Virus record (IMG/VR): IMGVR_UViG_3300045988_044939
DNA from: a virus
Reading direction: 5' to 3' (one strand)
Length of the DNA: 45,701 nt
Part shown: positions 16,761 to 25,293 of the stretch, piece after piece
Position numbering within the stretch: position 1 is the first letter of the stretch
Layout: every line of letters starts with the position of its first letter
Translations under genes and position numbers: made by a program
The notes under the pieces: generated by a model
What the model was told of the DNA's origin: nothing
Database searches by the model: none
The model's input: the letters and a program-made list of their open reading frames with translations, nothing else

Positions 16761-17066
16761 ATGAATCCAGAAGAAGCAAAAGACATATTATCCGATATGA
16801 GAGATCAGCATTTATGTTTCCTTGAAAGTTCTGAAAACAAAGATGAATAGCAGAAAAAATATCTCAAGGAAGCATGGGCGTGTGATTCCGGAGCAAAAGC
16901 ATTGGAAAAGCAGATTCCATGCAAACCTGAAGAATATGTTCCAGATTTTCCGTACAATATATTTTCCACTCAAAAATGTGCGAAATGCGGAACACCTGTT
17001 ATTGGTAATAAAATAAGCAAGTACTGTTCTGAATGCGGGCAGAAAATTGACTGGGGAGAGGAGTGA
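16761..17066 (+). CDS. hypothetical zinc-ribbon protein interrupted by an in-frame TAG at 16848-16850
   Basis: MNPEEAKDILSDMRDQHLCFLESSENKDE-TAG-QKKYLKEAWACDSGAKALEKQIPCKPEE...CAKCG...CSECGQKIDWGEE. The part after the TAG has no ATG start. The track ORF 16822..17016 is in another frame and looks like junk. Confidence 0.5.
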
Positions 17067-17070
17067 TTAA

Positions 17071-17214
17071 ATGGATTTTAATACAGCAATGGCGAAATCA
17101 GTAGCATGGGCCAGTACATCATTTGCCGTAATAGCGGCACTCAGTTATACAAAAGAACCATTATGCTTAATGGCATTAGTTCTTCCGCTGTTTGTTGGAT
17201 TACTTGCACATTAA
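17071..17214 (+). CDS. 47-aa membrane peptide
   Basis: ATG 17071 lies 7 nt after GAGGAG; two hydrophobic segments. Confidence 0.45.
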   Translation: MDFNTAMAKSVAWASTSFAVIAALSYTKEPLCLMALVLPLFVGLLAH

Positions 17215-17233
17215 TGAGAAGGAGTTGATAATC

Positions 17234-17545
17234 ATGTTGGACAAGCCTACACTTGAAATTGACAGAGAGAAGAACGAAGTTACGATAAAATGCAATGGGG
17301 ATACTATAAAGTTCAAAGATGATAATGTGGAAGTGACCAGAGCAAGCAAAAACATGATGTTTAAACCACCAGAAATAACACCTCAGCTCGCCATATCAGC
17401 ATTTGCAGTACTACATCAATATTGCAACTCAATCAGTCCACATGATTGCATCAGATGTGCATTTTACGAGCATTGCCCGGAATGCTTCATGGGATGCCCG
17501 GGAGATCAGGGCGAGGTAATCAGAAAATTACAAAGCAACGAATAA
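17234..17545 (+). CDS. hypothetical Cys-rich protein
   Basis: ATG 17234 after GAAGGAG, within ORF 17192..17545. Confidence 0.55.
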   Translation: MLDKPTLEIDREKNEVTIKCNGDTIKFKDDNVEVTRASKNMMFKPPEITPQLAISAFAVLHQYCNSISPHDCIRCAFYEHCPECFMGCPGDQGEVIRKLQSNE

Positions 17546-17551
17546 AATTAG

Positions 17552-17579
17552 AGAGTCGGTATTTACCGGCTCTTTTTTA
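17552..17579 (+). terminator. rho-independent terminator ending the early/middle region
   Basis: GAGTCGGTA / TACCGGCTC stem (one mismatch) followed by TTTTTT. Confidence 0.7.
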
Positions 17580-17593
17580 GCACAAAATTCCTC

Positions 17594-17633
17594 AAACATG
17601 TACCACAACTTTTCCACTGACCTGTGATAGAAT
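17594..17633 (+). promoter_or_regulatory. late-promoter-like motif, copy 1
   Basis: AAACATGTACCACAACTTTT (17594-17613) is identical to 26402-26421. The extended -10 TGATAGAAT sits at the same 34-nt offset as in copy 2. Confidence 0.6.
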
Positions 17634-17686
17634 ATACTCAGAAGTGTTACTATGGGGTTTTATAGCTTAATTCAGAAAGGATATGA

Positions 17687-19249
17687 TTGGATGTTGATAG
17701 GATGGCAAACGAGAAAAATTTAATACCAAATTCTGAACGAACTCCGAGCGAACTCCGAGAAATAACAAAAAAAGGCGGTATTAAGTCGGGAGAAGTACGC
17801 CGTCAAAAAAAGACCCTTTCTGAATTAGCAAAAATGATAGCTGAAAATCCTGCCCCGGCTGCTGCAAAGAAGAAACTCGCGAAGATGGGAATATCTGATG
17901 AGGATGCAAACAACAATGCCTGCATTGTAGCTGCCGTATACGATAAAGCTATTAAAGGCAATATGCAGGCAGTAGACAAATGGGAACAGTTGGTAGCTGT
18001 ATCAAAATCAGACGAAAGCAAATATGAACTTCCTGCCAGAGTGCTCGGCAAGGCATTCGTGGATATTAACCGACAGATTAAGCCTAATATCGAATATGTA
18101 TTCGAGGGCGGTCGAGGTGGCCTAAAATCCTCATTCGTAGCTTTTAAAATTATTGAGCTTATCAAGAATAATCCTCAGATGCACGCCTGCATTACAAGAC
18201 AGGTGGCCGGTACTCTGAAAGATTCTGTATACGCTAACATGAAATGGGCTATCAACGAACTTGGACTGATGGAAGAATTTGAATGTAAGGTGTCGCCACT
18301 TGAGATCAAGTATATTAAAACGGGGCAGACAATATACTTCCGTGGTCTGGACGATGAAACCAAACTGAAATCTATTAAGCCAGAGTTTGGATATATTGGA
18401 ATCCTCTGGAAAGAGGAAAAAGATCAAATGAAGGGAGATGCTCAGGAACGTTCTGTTAATCAGTCAGTGCTTCGTGGTGGCGATGAATCCTATGATTTTT
18501 CATCATATAACCCGCCGAAGTCAAAATCAAACTGGGTAAACAGGATCAAACTCACGCCTAACCCGAAAAGAGTTATCCATCATTCGAGTTATCTGGAAGC
18601 TCCGGCGGAGTGGCTCGGACAGAAGTTTATTGACGATGCAGCACATCTGAAAGAAATCAATCCAGAAGCCTATGAGCATGAATACCTGGGTGTTCCGAAT
18701 GGTGACGGTGGAAACGTATTTGAATATCTGGAGATCAGAGATATTACCGATGAAGAGATCAGCCACATGGATCGTGTTTTCGCTGGTGTAGATTATGGAT
18801 GGTACCCGGATGCCTTCTGCTATCTCAGGACCTATTACGATTCTGCCAGAGAGAAGATATATCTGATTGACGAATTGTATGTAAATAAATGGAGCAACTC
18901 CAAGACCGCTGATTGGATCAAGAAAAAAGGCTATGACGATTATACGATGATATGTGATTCTGCGGAGCCTAAATCTGTGAATGACTTCAGAGACGCTGGA
19001 CTTCCTGCCAGAGGAGCAATCAAAGGGCCGGGAAGTATCGAGTATGGTTTTAAATTTTTACAGACAAAGACACTTGTCATTGACCCGAAGCGAACACCGA
19101 ACGCATACAAGGAAATCACAGAATATGAGTATGATCGGGACAAAGAGGGAAATGTAATAAGTGGCTATCCTGATGGAAATGACCACGCAATCTCGGCACT
19201 TAGATACGCTTATGAGCCGTTATTTAACAGGAGAGGTTACAGTGCATAA
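17687..19249 (+). CDS. terL: terminase large subunit (PBSX/Terminase_3 type) with a TerS-like N-terminal extension
   Basis: FEGGRGGLKSSF is the Walker A region of XtmB-type TerL. The first 120 aa or so (NLIPNSERTPSELREITKKGGIKSGEVRRQKK...) resemble small-terminase N-termini. The start may be ATG 17702. Confidence 0.85.
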   Translation: MDVDRMANEKNLIPNSERTPSELREITKKGGIKSGEVRRQKKTLSELAKMIAENPAPAAAKKKLAKMGISDEDANNNACIVAAVYDKAIKGNMQAVDKWEQLVAVSKSDESKYELPARVLGKAFVDINRQIKPNIEYVFEGGRGGLKSSFVAFKIIELIKNNPQMHACITRQVAGTLKDSVYANMKWAINELGLMEEFECKVSPLEIKYIKTGQTIYFRGLDDETKLKSIKPEFGYIGILWKEEKDQMKGDAQERSVNQSVLRGGDESYDFSSYNPPKSKSNWVNRIKLTPNPKRVIHHSSYLEAPAEWLGQKFIDDAAHLKEINPEAYEHEYLGVPNGDGGNVFEYLEIRDITDEEISHMDRVFAGVDYGWYPDAFCYLRTYYDSAREKIYLIDELYVNKWSNSKTADWIKKKGYDDYTMICDSAEPKSVNDFRDAGLPARGAIKGPGSIEYGFKFLQTKTLVIDPKRTPNAYKEITEYEYDRDKEGNVISGYPDGNDHAISALRYAYEPLFNRRGYSA

Positions 19250-20694
19250 TGGGACTTATAACAACACTAAAAAGGTGGTTTAACATGATTTTCAAAAAAC
19301 AAGCTGAAGAGGATTTCAACATCCAGGCAGCAGAATTCCCGGAAATGGAATCGCTGATTAACCGGTGCGCGAACATCTACAGAGGTGTACCAGAATGGCT
19401 AGATGATAAGAACAATATCAAGACAATTAACTTTGCAAAGTCTGTCTGCTCAGAGACAGCACGGCTCGCAACACTGGCGATCGGCATTCAGATAGACGGC
19501 TCCGCAAGGGCTACATGGCTTCAGGAGCAGATTGACAAGGTATATTTCCAGATTCGGCACTGGGTAGAATATGGCTGTGCCTATGGAACGGTATTTATTA
19601 AGCCGAACGGTGAGAGCCTTGACGTATTCACTCCGGTGGATGTGATGATTGTGGATTATGATAATCAGGAGATCAAAGGGATTATATTCAAGGATTCTTA
19701 TACTGTTGGACGGAAATACTATACAAGGCTTGAATATCATAGATTTGTCGAGACTACAATAGATGGCGTGACAACTTATCCGTACTACGTTTCCAACAGA
19801 GTCTATGTGTCAAAATCTCCTCAGAGCATCGGCGATAAGATTGACCTTAAACAGACCAAGTGGGCTGACCTTATGGCAGACACGCCACCAATACTCAAGG
19901 CAAACGGCGAGAAGCTGGACGGACCGTTGTATGGAATGCTGCGGACACCACAGGCGAACAACGTGGATATTAGTGCACCACTTGGACTTCCGATATTTGC
20001 AGAAGCTATTGAGGAACTAAAAGACCTCGACATTGCATACAGCCGTAATGCCGGAGAGATTTTCGATTCTCAGAAGATAGTCCTGGCAGATGATAGACTG
20101 CTGATGCCAAGTGGTACGCCTGTATCAGCCATGTCACCGCGGAGCATGGAGAACAGGCGGAATGAGATGAACTTACCGCACTTTGTTAAGAATGTATTCG
20201 GACAGGACGAGAAAGAGTTTTATCAAGAAATCAATCCACAACTCAACACAGATACCCGTATAAGCGGCATAAATGCCCTTTTAAGCCAGTTAGGGTACAA
20301 GATTGGATTCTCCAACGGGTATTTTGTTTTTAACGAATCTAGCGGTATTCAGACAGCTACGGGAGTAGAAGCAGAGCAGCAGAGAACGGTACAGTTTATC
20401 AAAGACGTTCGAGACAAACTGGAATCCTGCCTGGATGAAGTAATCTATGCATTGAACGTTTATGCTGACCTGTACGGACTTGCACCTGTTGGAACTTATG
20501 AAGTCAATTATGATTTCGGAGATATCTTGTATGTCAGAGAAAATGACCGTGCAAGATGGTGGCAGTATGTAACTACTGGCAAGGTTCCAGCGTGGCTGTA
20601 TTTTGTAAAATTCGAAGGAATGACCGAAGAAGAAGCAAAAGCAATGGTCAAAGAAGCTCAGCCAGACGAGCCAAAACTGTTTGGAGATGAATAG
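19249..20694 (+). CDS. portal protein (SPP1 gp6-like)
   Basis: The call rests on size, position after TerL and overall sequence character. Confidence 0.8.
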   Translation: MGLITTLKRWFNMIFKKQAEEDFNIQAAEFPEMESLINRCANIYRGVPEWLDDKNNIKTINFAKSVCSETARLATLAIGIQIDGSARATWLQEQIDKVYFQIRHWVEYGCAYGTVFIKPNGESLDVFTPVDVMIVDYDNQEIKGIIFKDSYTVGRKYYTRLEYHRFVETTIDGVTTYPYYVSNRVYVSKSPQSIGDKIDLKQTKWADLMADTPPILKANGEKLDGPLYGMLRTPQANNVDISAPLGLPIFAEAIEELKDLDIAYSRNAGEIFDSQKIVLADDRLLMPSGTPVSAMSPRSMENRRNEMNLPHFVKNVFGQDEKEFYQEINPQLNTDTRISGINALLSQLGYKIGFSNGYFVFNESSGIQTATGVEAEQQRTVQFIKDVRDKLESCLDEVIYALNVYADLYGLAPVGTYEVNYDFGDILYVRENDRARWWQYVTTGKVPAWLYFVKFEGMTEEEAKAMVKEAQPDEPKLFGDE

Positions 20695-20696
20695 TT

Positions 20697-21926
20697 ATGT
20701 TAAGCCCAGAATATTTGCGCCGGATAACAGAGGGCAGTGAGCAAATTGCCGAAGAACTGCATCAGTATATCATCTCTGAGATCGTATCGCGGATGATGGC
20801 AAGAATCGGCAGAGGTGAAGATTATATTCTGACCAACGCCGATGCGTGGAGAATCAGAACGCTACAAGAATCCGGTGAGCTACTAGAGGACATTCTGGCA
20901 GAATTATCCAGATATACCAAACGTGAACAGCAGGAACTTCTTGAAGCGTTTGAAGATGCCGGAATCACTGCAATGAACTATGATGACAAGATATACAAGG
21001 CGGCAGGATTAAGCCCTGTGCCGCTCGAACAGTCCCCGGCTATGATAAGGCTCATGGAGCGGAATATGCTTGCAACCATGGGCGAGTGGAAGAACTTTAC
21101 AAGAACCACTGCAAGTGCCGCTCAGAGGCTCTATATCGAGCAGTGTGACCTTGCATATAATCATGTGATGACAGGGGCAGTTGGGTATACGCAAGCCATT
21201 AAAGAGGCGGTTAATAATGTTGTGGGCGATGGTGTGACTGTCACATATCCATCTGGTAGAAAAGACACGATTGAAACAGCAGTTGCACGTTCTGTTAGAA
21301 CTGGCGTAGCACAGGCTACTGGCGATATATCGCTAAAACGCATGGAAGAAATGGACTGGGATTTAGTTCTGGTCAGTGCGCACATAGGAGCCAGAACAGG
21401 CGACGGAGGTCAGAATCCGGGAAATCACTCGTTTTGGCAAGGCAAGATATACTCTCGCTCTGGAAAGAGTAAGAAATTTCCACCGTTTTCATTGACCGGA
21501 TATGGGACAGCAAGCGGACTGTCAGGAGTCAACTGTCGGCATAGTTTCGGAGCCAGTGACGGGGAATTTAATCCTTATGCGGAATTGTCAGCACAGGACA
21601 AAGCCAACAAGGGAAAGCAGTATGAAAAAGAGCAACGACAACGCACTTATGAGCGAAGAATCCGCAAAACGAAGCGTGAAGTTCTTGGATTACAAGCAGG
21701 AGTCGACAATGCACCGAATGAAAAAGCAAAATTCGCACTCCAGCAAGACCTTGACCGGAAGTCTTTTCTTCTCCAAAAACAAAATGCCGCATACAAGGAT
21801 TACTGCAAGCAGAATAACCTGAGGGAACTGCAAGACCGGCTCATGATAGCTAAGTGGAACCGTCAGAACGCCGCAAAAGCCAGAGGAGCGGCAAGACGAT
21901 ATAAAACAGCAAAGGGGATTGACTGA
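20697..21926 (+). CDS. head morphogenesis protein (Mu F / SPP1 gp7-like)
   Basis: Position after portal; the NCRHSF motif is typical of Phage_Mu_F. Confidence 0.75.
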   Translation: MLSPEYLRRITEGSEQIAEELHQYIISEIVSRMMARIGRGEDYILTNADAWRIRTLQESGELLEDILAELSRYTKREQQELLEAFEDAGITAMNYDDKIYKAAGLSPVPLEQSPAMIRLMERNMLATMGEWKNFTRTTASAAQRLYIEQCDLAYNHVMTGAVGYTQAIKEAVNNVVGDGVTVTYPSGRKDTIETAVARSVRTGVAQATGDISLKRMEEMDWDLVLVSAHIGARTGDGGQNPGNHSFWQGKIYSRSGKSKKFPPFSLTGYGTASGLSGVNCRHSFGASDGEFNPYAELSAQDKANKGKQYEKEQRQRTYERRIRKTKREVLGLQAGVDNAPNEKAKFALQQDLDRKSFLLQKQNAAYKDYCKQNNLRELQDRLMIAKWNRQNAAKARGAARRYKTAKGID

Positions 21927-22306
21927 TGGATAGATGGGAATATTACAATCCGAATCCTGCCGGGAATCGAGTCGGAGATTGTGCTGTCCGGGCAATATGT
22001 AAAGCAACCGGGTTCGACTGGGAAACGGTATTCGCTGGATTAATGATACAGGCGTGCGCTCTGTCAGATATGCCAAGTGCAAATTATGTCTGGGGAGCGT
22101 ATCTCTATAAGCATGGATACAGGCGCAAGTTGATAGAACAGTCAGAGCGATATATCTATACAGTCAATGACTTTTGCACAGACCATCCAACAGGTACATA
22201 CATCCTCTGCATAGACGGTCATGTAGTGACGGTACAAGATGGCAAATATTTTGACACATGGGATTCCGGTAATGAGATTCCGGTATATTACTGGGAAAAG
22301 GAGTAA
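21926..22306 (+). CDS. hypothetical protein with possible Cys/His peptidase-like motifs
   Basis: NPNPAGNRVGDCAVRAI ... IDGHVV. The family is recognised only loosely. Confidence 0.5.
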   Translation: MDRWEYYNPNPAGNRVGDCAVRAICKATGFDWETVFAGLMIQACALSDMPSANYVWGAYLYKHGYRRKLIEQSERYIYTVNDFCTDHPTGTYILCIDGHVVTVQDGKYFDTWDSGNEIPVYYWEKE

Positions 22307-22310
22307 CTAA

Positions 22311-22616
22311 ATGAGCATATCAGAATTTGTACAGATTTTCCTCTCGATCTGCGGAGGGGTGTCCATTGTCGGAGGGGCGGTGGCTGTAATCTTTAAGTGG
22401 ATTACCCCGGCGTTTCGGCTTAATAAGCGAGTAGAGACACTGGAAGAACATGATAGACGAGATTATGAAAGCCTTCGAAGAATCGCAGAACGTGATTCAT
22501 TGATTCTGGAAGTGTTATCAACCATGTTGGACAGCCAGATCAGCGGAAATAACGTCGAGGAATTAAAAAAAACAAAACAGAAGCTCACAAATTATCTTGC
22601 GCAGAATCAACGTTAA
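22311..22616 (+). CDS. membrane-anchored coiled-coil protein
   Basis: N-terminal TM is IFLSICGGVSIVGGAVAVIF. Confidence 0.55.
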   Translation: MSISEFVQIFLSICGGVSIVGGAVAVIFKWITPAFRLNKRVETLEEHDRRDYESLRRIAERDSLILEVLSTMLDSQISGNNVEELKKTKQKLTNYLAQNQR

Positions 22617-22639
22617 TTGCATTAATAAGGGGTATGCTC

Positions 22640-22840
22640 ATGAAATTATATGTGTTCACTAAGAAAGATATAGACAGGTTCTTGACAGAGTGTAATTTTA
22701 CACCGGATGAAGAAAGATTGTTCCGGCTGAGGTGTCAGGAACACACTCTTGAATACTGCGCTGAACAGATGAATGTGAGTATATCCACGGCAAAACGATT
22801 AAGCCGGAGGGTGAATAATAAAATAATTAAAGTGTGTTAA
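22640..22840 (+). CDS. small sigma-70 region-4-like HTH protein (candidate late regulator)
   Basis: LEYCAEQMNVSISTAKRLSRRVNNKI resembles region-4/LuxR-type HTH. ATG 22640 is better spaced from AAGGGG than ATG 22634. Confidence 0.5.
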   Translation: MKLYVFTKKDIDRFLTECNFTPDEERLFRLRCQEHTLEYCAEQMNVSISTAKRLSRRVNNKIIKVC

Positions 22841-22851
22841 GATGACAATAA

Positions 22852-22888
22852 AAGTCCCCGGGACTATCTCCCAGGGGCTTATTTTTAT
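22852..22888. terminator. bidirectional terminator between convergent genes
   Basis: AAG(T)CCCC / GGGGCTT stem, with T-runs readable on both strands. Confidence 0.6.
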
Positions 22889-23058
22889 CTTTCCGTTTCG
22901 AGCCAGATTTCGCACTGCTCGCCGTCCTCTTCGTAGCTGACAACTTCGCCAGCTTCCAGGCGTTCCCGCCAGTCTTCCGGGTAGTTCTCTGGAATATAGA
23001 TGCAGTTATTTTCGTATACTGCATTTCCTCTTGCTTCTGAAATCATATATTCTGCCAT
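22885..23058 (-). CDS. 57-aa strongly acidic protein (third gene of the leftward cassette)
   Basis: ATG (complement of 23056-23058) lies 8 nt after AAAGGAGGAAAA. Product is MAEYMISEARGNAVYENNCIYIPENYPEDWRERLEAGEVVSYEEDGEQCEIWLETER. Not in the ORF track; the track ORF 22827..23024 is a junk frame. Confidence 0.65.
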   Translation of the reverse strand: MAEYMISEARGNAVYENNCIYIPENYPEDWRERLEAGEVVSYEEDGEQCEIWLETER

Positions 23059-23081
23059 GTTCTTTTCCTCCTTTTATTCTT

Positions 23082-23252
23082 CTATTTTTTAATATCTTCT
23101 TTTACAATTCTCTCAAGCAAACTAATAACATACTCTGGAGGATTACGTTTACCACCCTCCCAGTTTTCAATTGTTCTTTTAGGAATTTTGTATTTATCGG
23201 AAAAAGCCTGTTGGCTTAATCCAGAAAATGAACGAATTTCTTTGAACTTCAT
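23082..23252 (-). CDS. 56-aa XRE-type HTH protein (Aca-like or antitoxin-like)
   Basis: MKFKEIRSFSGLSQQAFSDKYKIPKRTIENWEGGKRNPPEYVISLLERIV. ATGA overlap with the upstream gene. Confidence 0.7.
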   Translation of the reverse strand: MKFKEIRSFSGLSQQAFSDKYKIPKRTIENWEGGKRNPPEYVISLLERIVKEDIKK

Positions 23253-23608
23253 TCTTCTTCCTCCTCTTCACCATCTTTTAACGCGTCCAACCTTTCCTGG
23301 TTTATTCGATTCATTTCAGCAATCATAAATTTGATTGCTTCCACAAATTTTTCACCTTTTGGGCTGTCCACTTTTGCATACATGTAGCCCACACTGTTTA
23401 CGGAAAAAATCGTATCTTTTACTTTGGCAAATTCTCCATATTTCCCTTCGCTGGTTCCAATAGTCCAATATTTGCCACCATCAACAGGAATACTCAACCA
23501 TCCCTGGTCGTTAGGCGTTAGACAAGCTTGAACTTTTTCTACAGCCTTATGACCATATCTGTAAATCTCATTCTGTCCGGCGTTAATATAACGATAATCC
23601 TTATACAT
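23249..23608 (-). CDS. 119-aa acidic protein with poly-Glu tail (first gene of the leftward cassette)
   Basis: ATG after AAGGAGGAACAAAAAT. No family recognised. Confidence 0.65.
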   Translation of the reverse strand: MYKDYRYINAGQNEIYRYGHKAVEKVQACLTPNDQGWLSIPVDGGKYWTIGTSEGKYGEFAKVKDTIFSVNSVGYMYAKVDSPKGEKFVEAIKFMIAEMNRINQERLDALKDGEEEEEE

Positions 23609-23646
23609 ATTTTTGTTCCTCCTTAATTTTATATCTTCCCTGTTTC

Positions 23647-23682
23647 TGATATTATAATATCACTCAATGAGTGACATGTCAA
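23647..23682 (-). promoter_or_regulatory. strong leftward sigma-A promoter with two overlapping palindromic operators
   Basis: On the minus strand: TTGACA (complement of 23677-23682), 17 nt spacer, TATTAT (complement of 23654-23659). Palindromes are TGATATTATAATATCA (23647-23662) and TCACTCAATGAGTGA (23660-23674). Confidence 0.7.
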
Positions 23683-23779
23683 TACTTTTTTGACACTTTT
23701 TTGAACTTTTTAGATTGGTACATCTATGCAAAAATATAGCTATAGAAAGTCATAGAATAAGTCATAGGAGGTGTACGAG

Positions 23780-24250
23780 ATGGCATTATATAACAATCCT
23801 TATCAATATAGTTTTGGCGTTCCGGGGCAGATGAACCAATTTCAGCAACAGTCTGTCCAGATGCCAGCTCAACCAGTACAGCAACCCCAGCAGAATAGCA
23901 ATGGTATCCTGTGGGTATCTGGAGAAGTAGGTGCAAAATCCTATCTGGTAGCACCCGGAACAAGTGTTTTACTGATGGACAGTGAAAGCGAAAAGTTCTA
24001 CATAAAATCCACAGACGTTTCCGGTATGCCACAGCCATTACGGACGTTTGAATACCACGAGGTAGGCACTCAGATGCCACCTAAACAGCCTGTTCAGAAC
24101 ATGGACAATAAATACGTCACAAGACAGGAATACGACAATTTAAAGGGCAAATACGAAGCTATCATAAACCGATTGAATTCTTTTTCTGAACCTGTTAGAG
24201 CTAATACCGTACAGGAATCAGCAGCCAAGGGAGGAAATGCAGATGAGTAA
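23780..24250 (+). CDS. Q/P-rich protein with conserved GILWVSGEVGAKSYLVAPGTSVLLMD core
   Basis: ATG 23780 after TAGGAGGTG. Low-complexity Q-rich ends. Confidence 0.6.
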   Translation: MALYNNPYQYSFGVPGQMNQFQQQSVQMPAQPVQQPQQNSNGILWVSGEVGAKSYLVAPGTSVLLMDSESEKFYIKSTDVSGMPQPLRTFEYHEVGTQMPPKQPVQNMDNKYVTRQEYDNLKGKYEAIINRLNSFSEPVRANTVQESAAKGGNADE

Positions 24251-24464
24251 TCCATTGTTTAATGCACTTGGTGGTGGGATGCCACAGGGAAACGGACCAA
24301 TGCAGATGATACAGCAGTTTATGCAGTTTAAGCAGAATTTTAAGGGAGACCCGAAGGAAGAAGTCCAGAAGATGTTACAGTCTGGGAAGATTTCCCAACA
24401 GCAACTTAATCAGGTTCAGCAGATGGCAGGACAGTTTCAACACATGCTGAAAGGAATGAAATAG
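24237..24464 (+). CDS. 75-aa Q/M-rich protein
   Basis: Overlaps the previous gene end, after GGGAGG. Confidence 0.55.
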   Translation: MQMSNPLFNALGGGMPQGNGPMQMIQQFMQFKQNFKGDPKEEVQKMLQSGKISQQQLNQVQQMAGQFQHMLKGMK

Positions 24465-24516
24465 TACATTACAATCTGGCCAGATTGATGTAAATACACA
24501 AAAAGGAGATTATATT

Positions 24517-25293
24517 ATGGATGGAAATTTAACAGCATCAGACGTTGCTCTTTTGACCGGGAACAATAGAAATGACGGCATGTTTGGCGGAGATGGCAGC
24601 TGGTGGATTATTGTTTTATTCATTTTTGCTTTCTTCGGATGGGGAAACAACGGCTGGGGTAATAACGGAAACGGCGGTGGATATGCAGCCACAGCAGCTA
24701 CTCAGGCAGATATTCAGAGAGGATTTGACAATTCCGCAGTAATCAGCAAACTTGACGGAATCAATAGCGGCCTCTGTGATGGCTTTTATGCCATGAATAA
24801 TGGCATGCTTACCGGATTCAATGGAATCAACACCAATATCATGCAGACTGGCTTCGGCATCCAGCAGGCGATCAATGCTGATACTGTAGCGAATATGCAG
24901 AATACCAATGCACTTCAGGCACAGCTTGCGAACTGCTGTTGTGAAACCAGGGAAGCTATCCAGGGCGTAAACTACAATATGGCGCAGAACACCTGCGCAT
25001 TGCAGAACACGATGAACAGCAACACAAGAGACATTATCGACAGCCAGAACGCAGGGACAAGAGCGATTCTTGACTATCTCTGCAATGAAAAGATTTCTAA
25101 CCTGCAGGCCGAGAACAATGATCTCAGACGTGCCGCTTCTCAGGATCGCCAGAGCGCACTGCTCACAACTGCAATGGCTTCTCAGACGCAGCAGCTCATT
25201 AATGCAATCAATCCAGCGCCGATCCCGGCATATCAGGTCCCTAATCCGAACACATATTACGGATGCGGATGTAACACTGGATGCAATTGCTGA
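24517..25293 (+). CDS. G/N/Q/C-rich membrane protein (YjcZ-like Gly-rich TM N-terminus, CxC-rich C-terminus)
   Basis: AAAGGAG RBS. Features are GGDGSWWIIVLFIFAFFGWGNNGWGNNGNGGG, ANCCCE and a C-terminal YYGCGCNTGCNC. Confidence 0.65.
   Translation: MDGNLTASDVALLTGNNRNDGMFGGDGSWWIIVLFIFAFFGWGNNGWGNNGNGGGYAATAATQADIQRGFDNSAVISKLDGINSGLCDGFYAMNNGMLTGFNGINTNIMQTGFGIQQAINADTVANMQNTNALQAQLANCCCETREAIQGVNYNMAQNTCALQNTMNSNTRDIIDSQNAGTRAILDYLCNEKISNLQAENNDLRRAASQDRQSALLTTAMASQTQQLINAINPAPIPAYQVPNPNTYYGCGCNTGCNC

Noticed and set aside
16848-16850. Genome-wide TAG reassignment (alternative genetic code) or a phage suppressor tRNA
   Set aside because: TAG ends several well-supported genes (3811-3813, 14477-14479, 36559-36561, and 23082-23084 on the minus strand), and all large genes read through under the standard code. 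Neither tRNA-like element has a CUA anticodon.
16822-17016. Track ORF of 64 aa (MKVLKTKMNSRKNISRKHG...)
   Set aside because: It is a basic, junk-like frame. The alternative frame gives a coherent zinc-ribbon protein that is contiguous with 16761, apart from one TAG.
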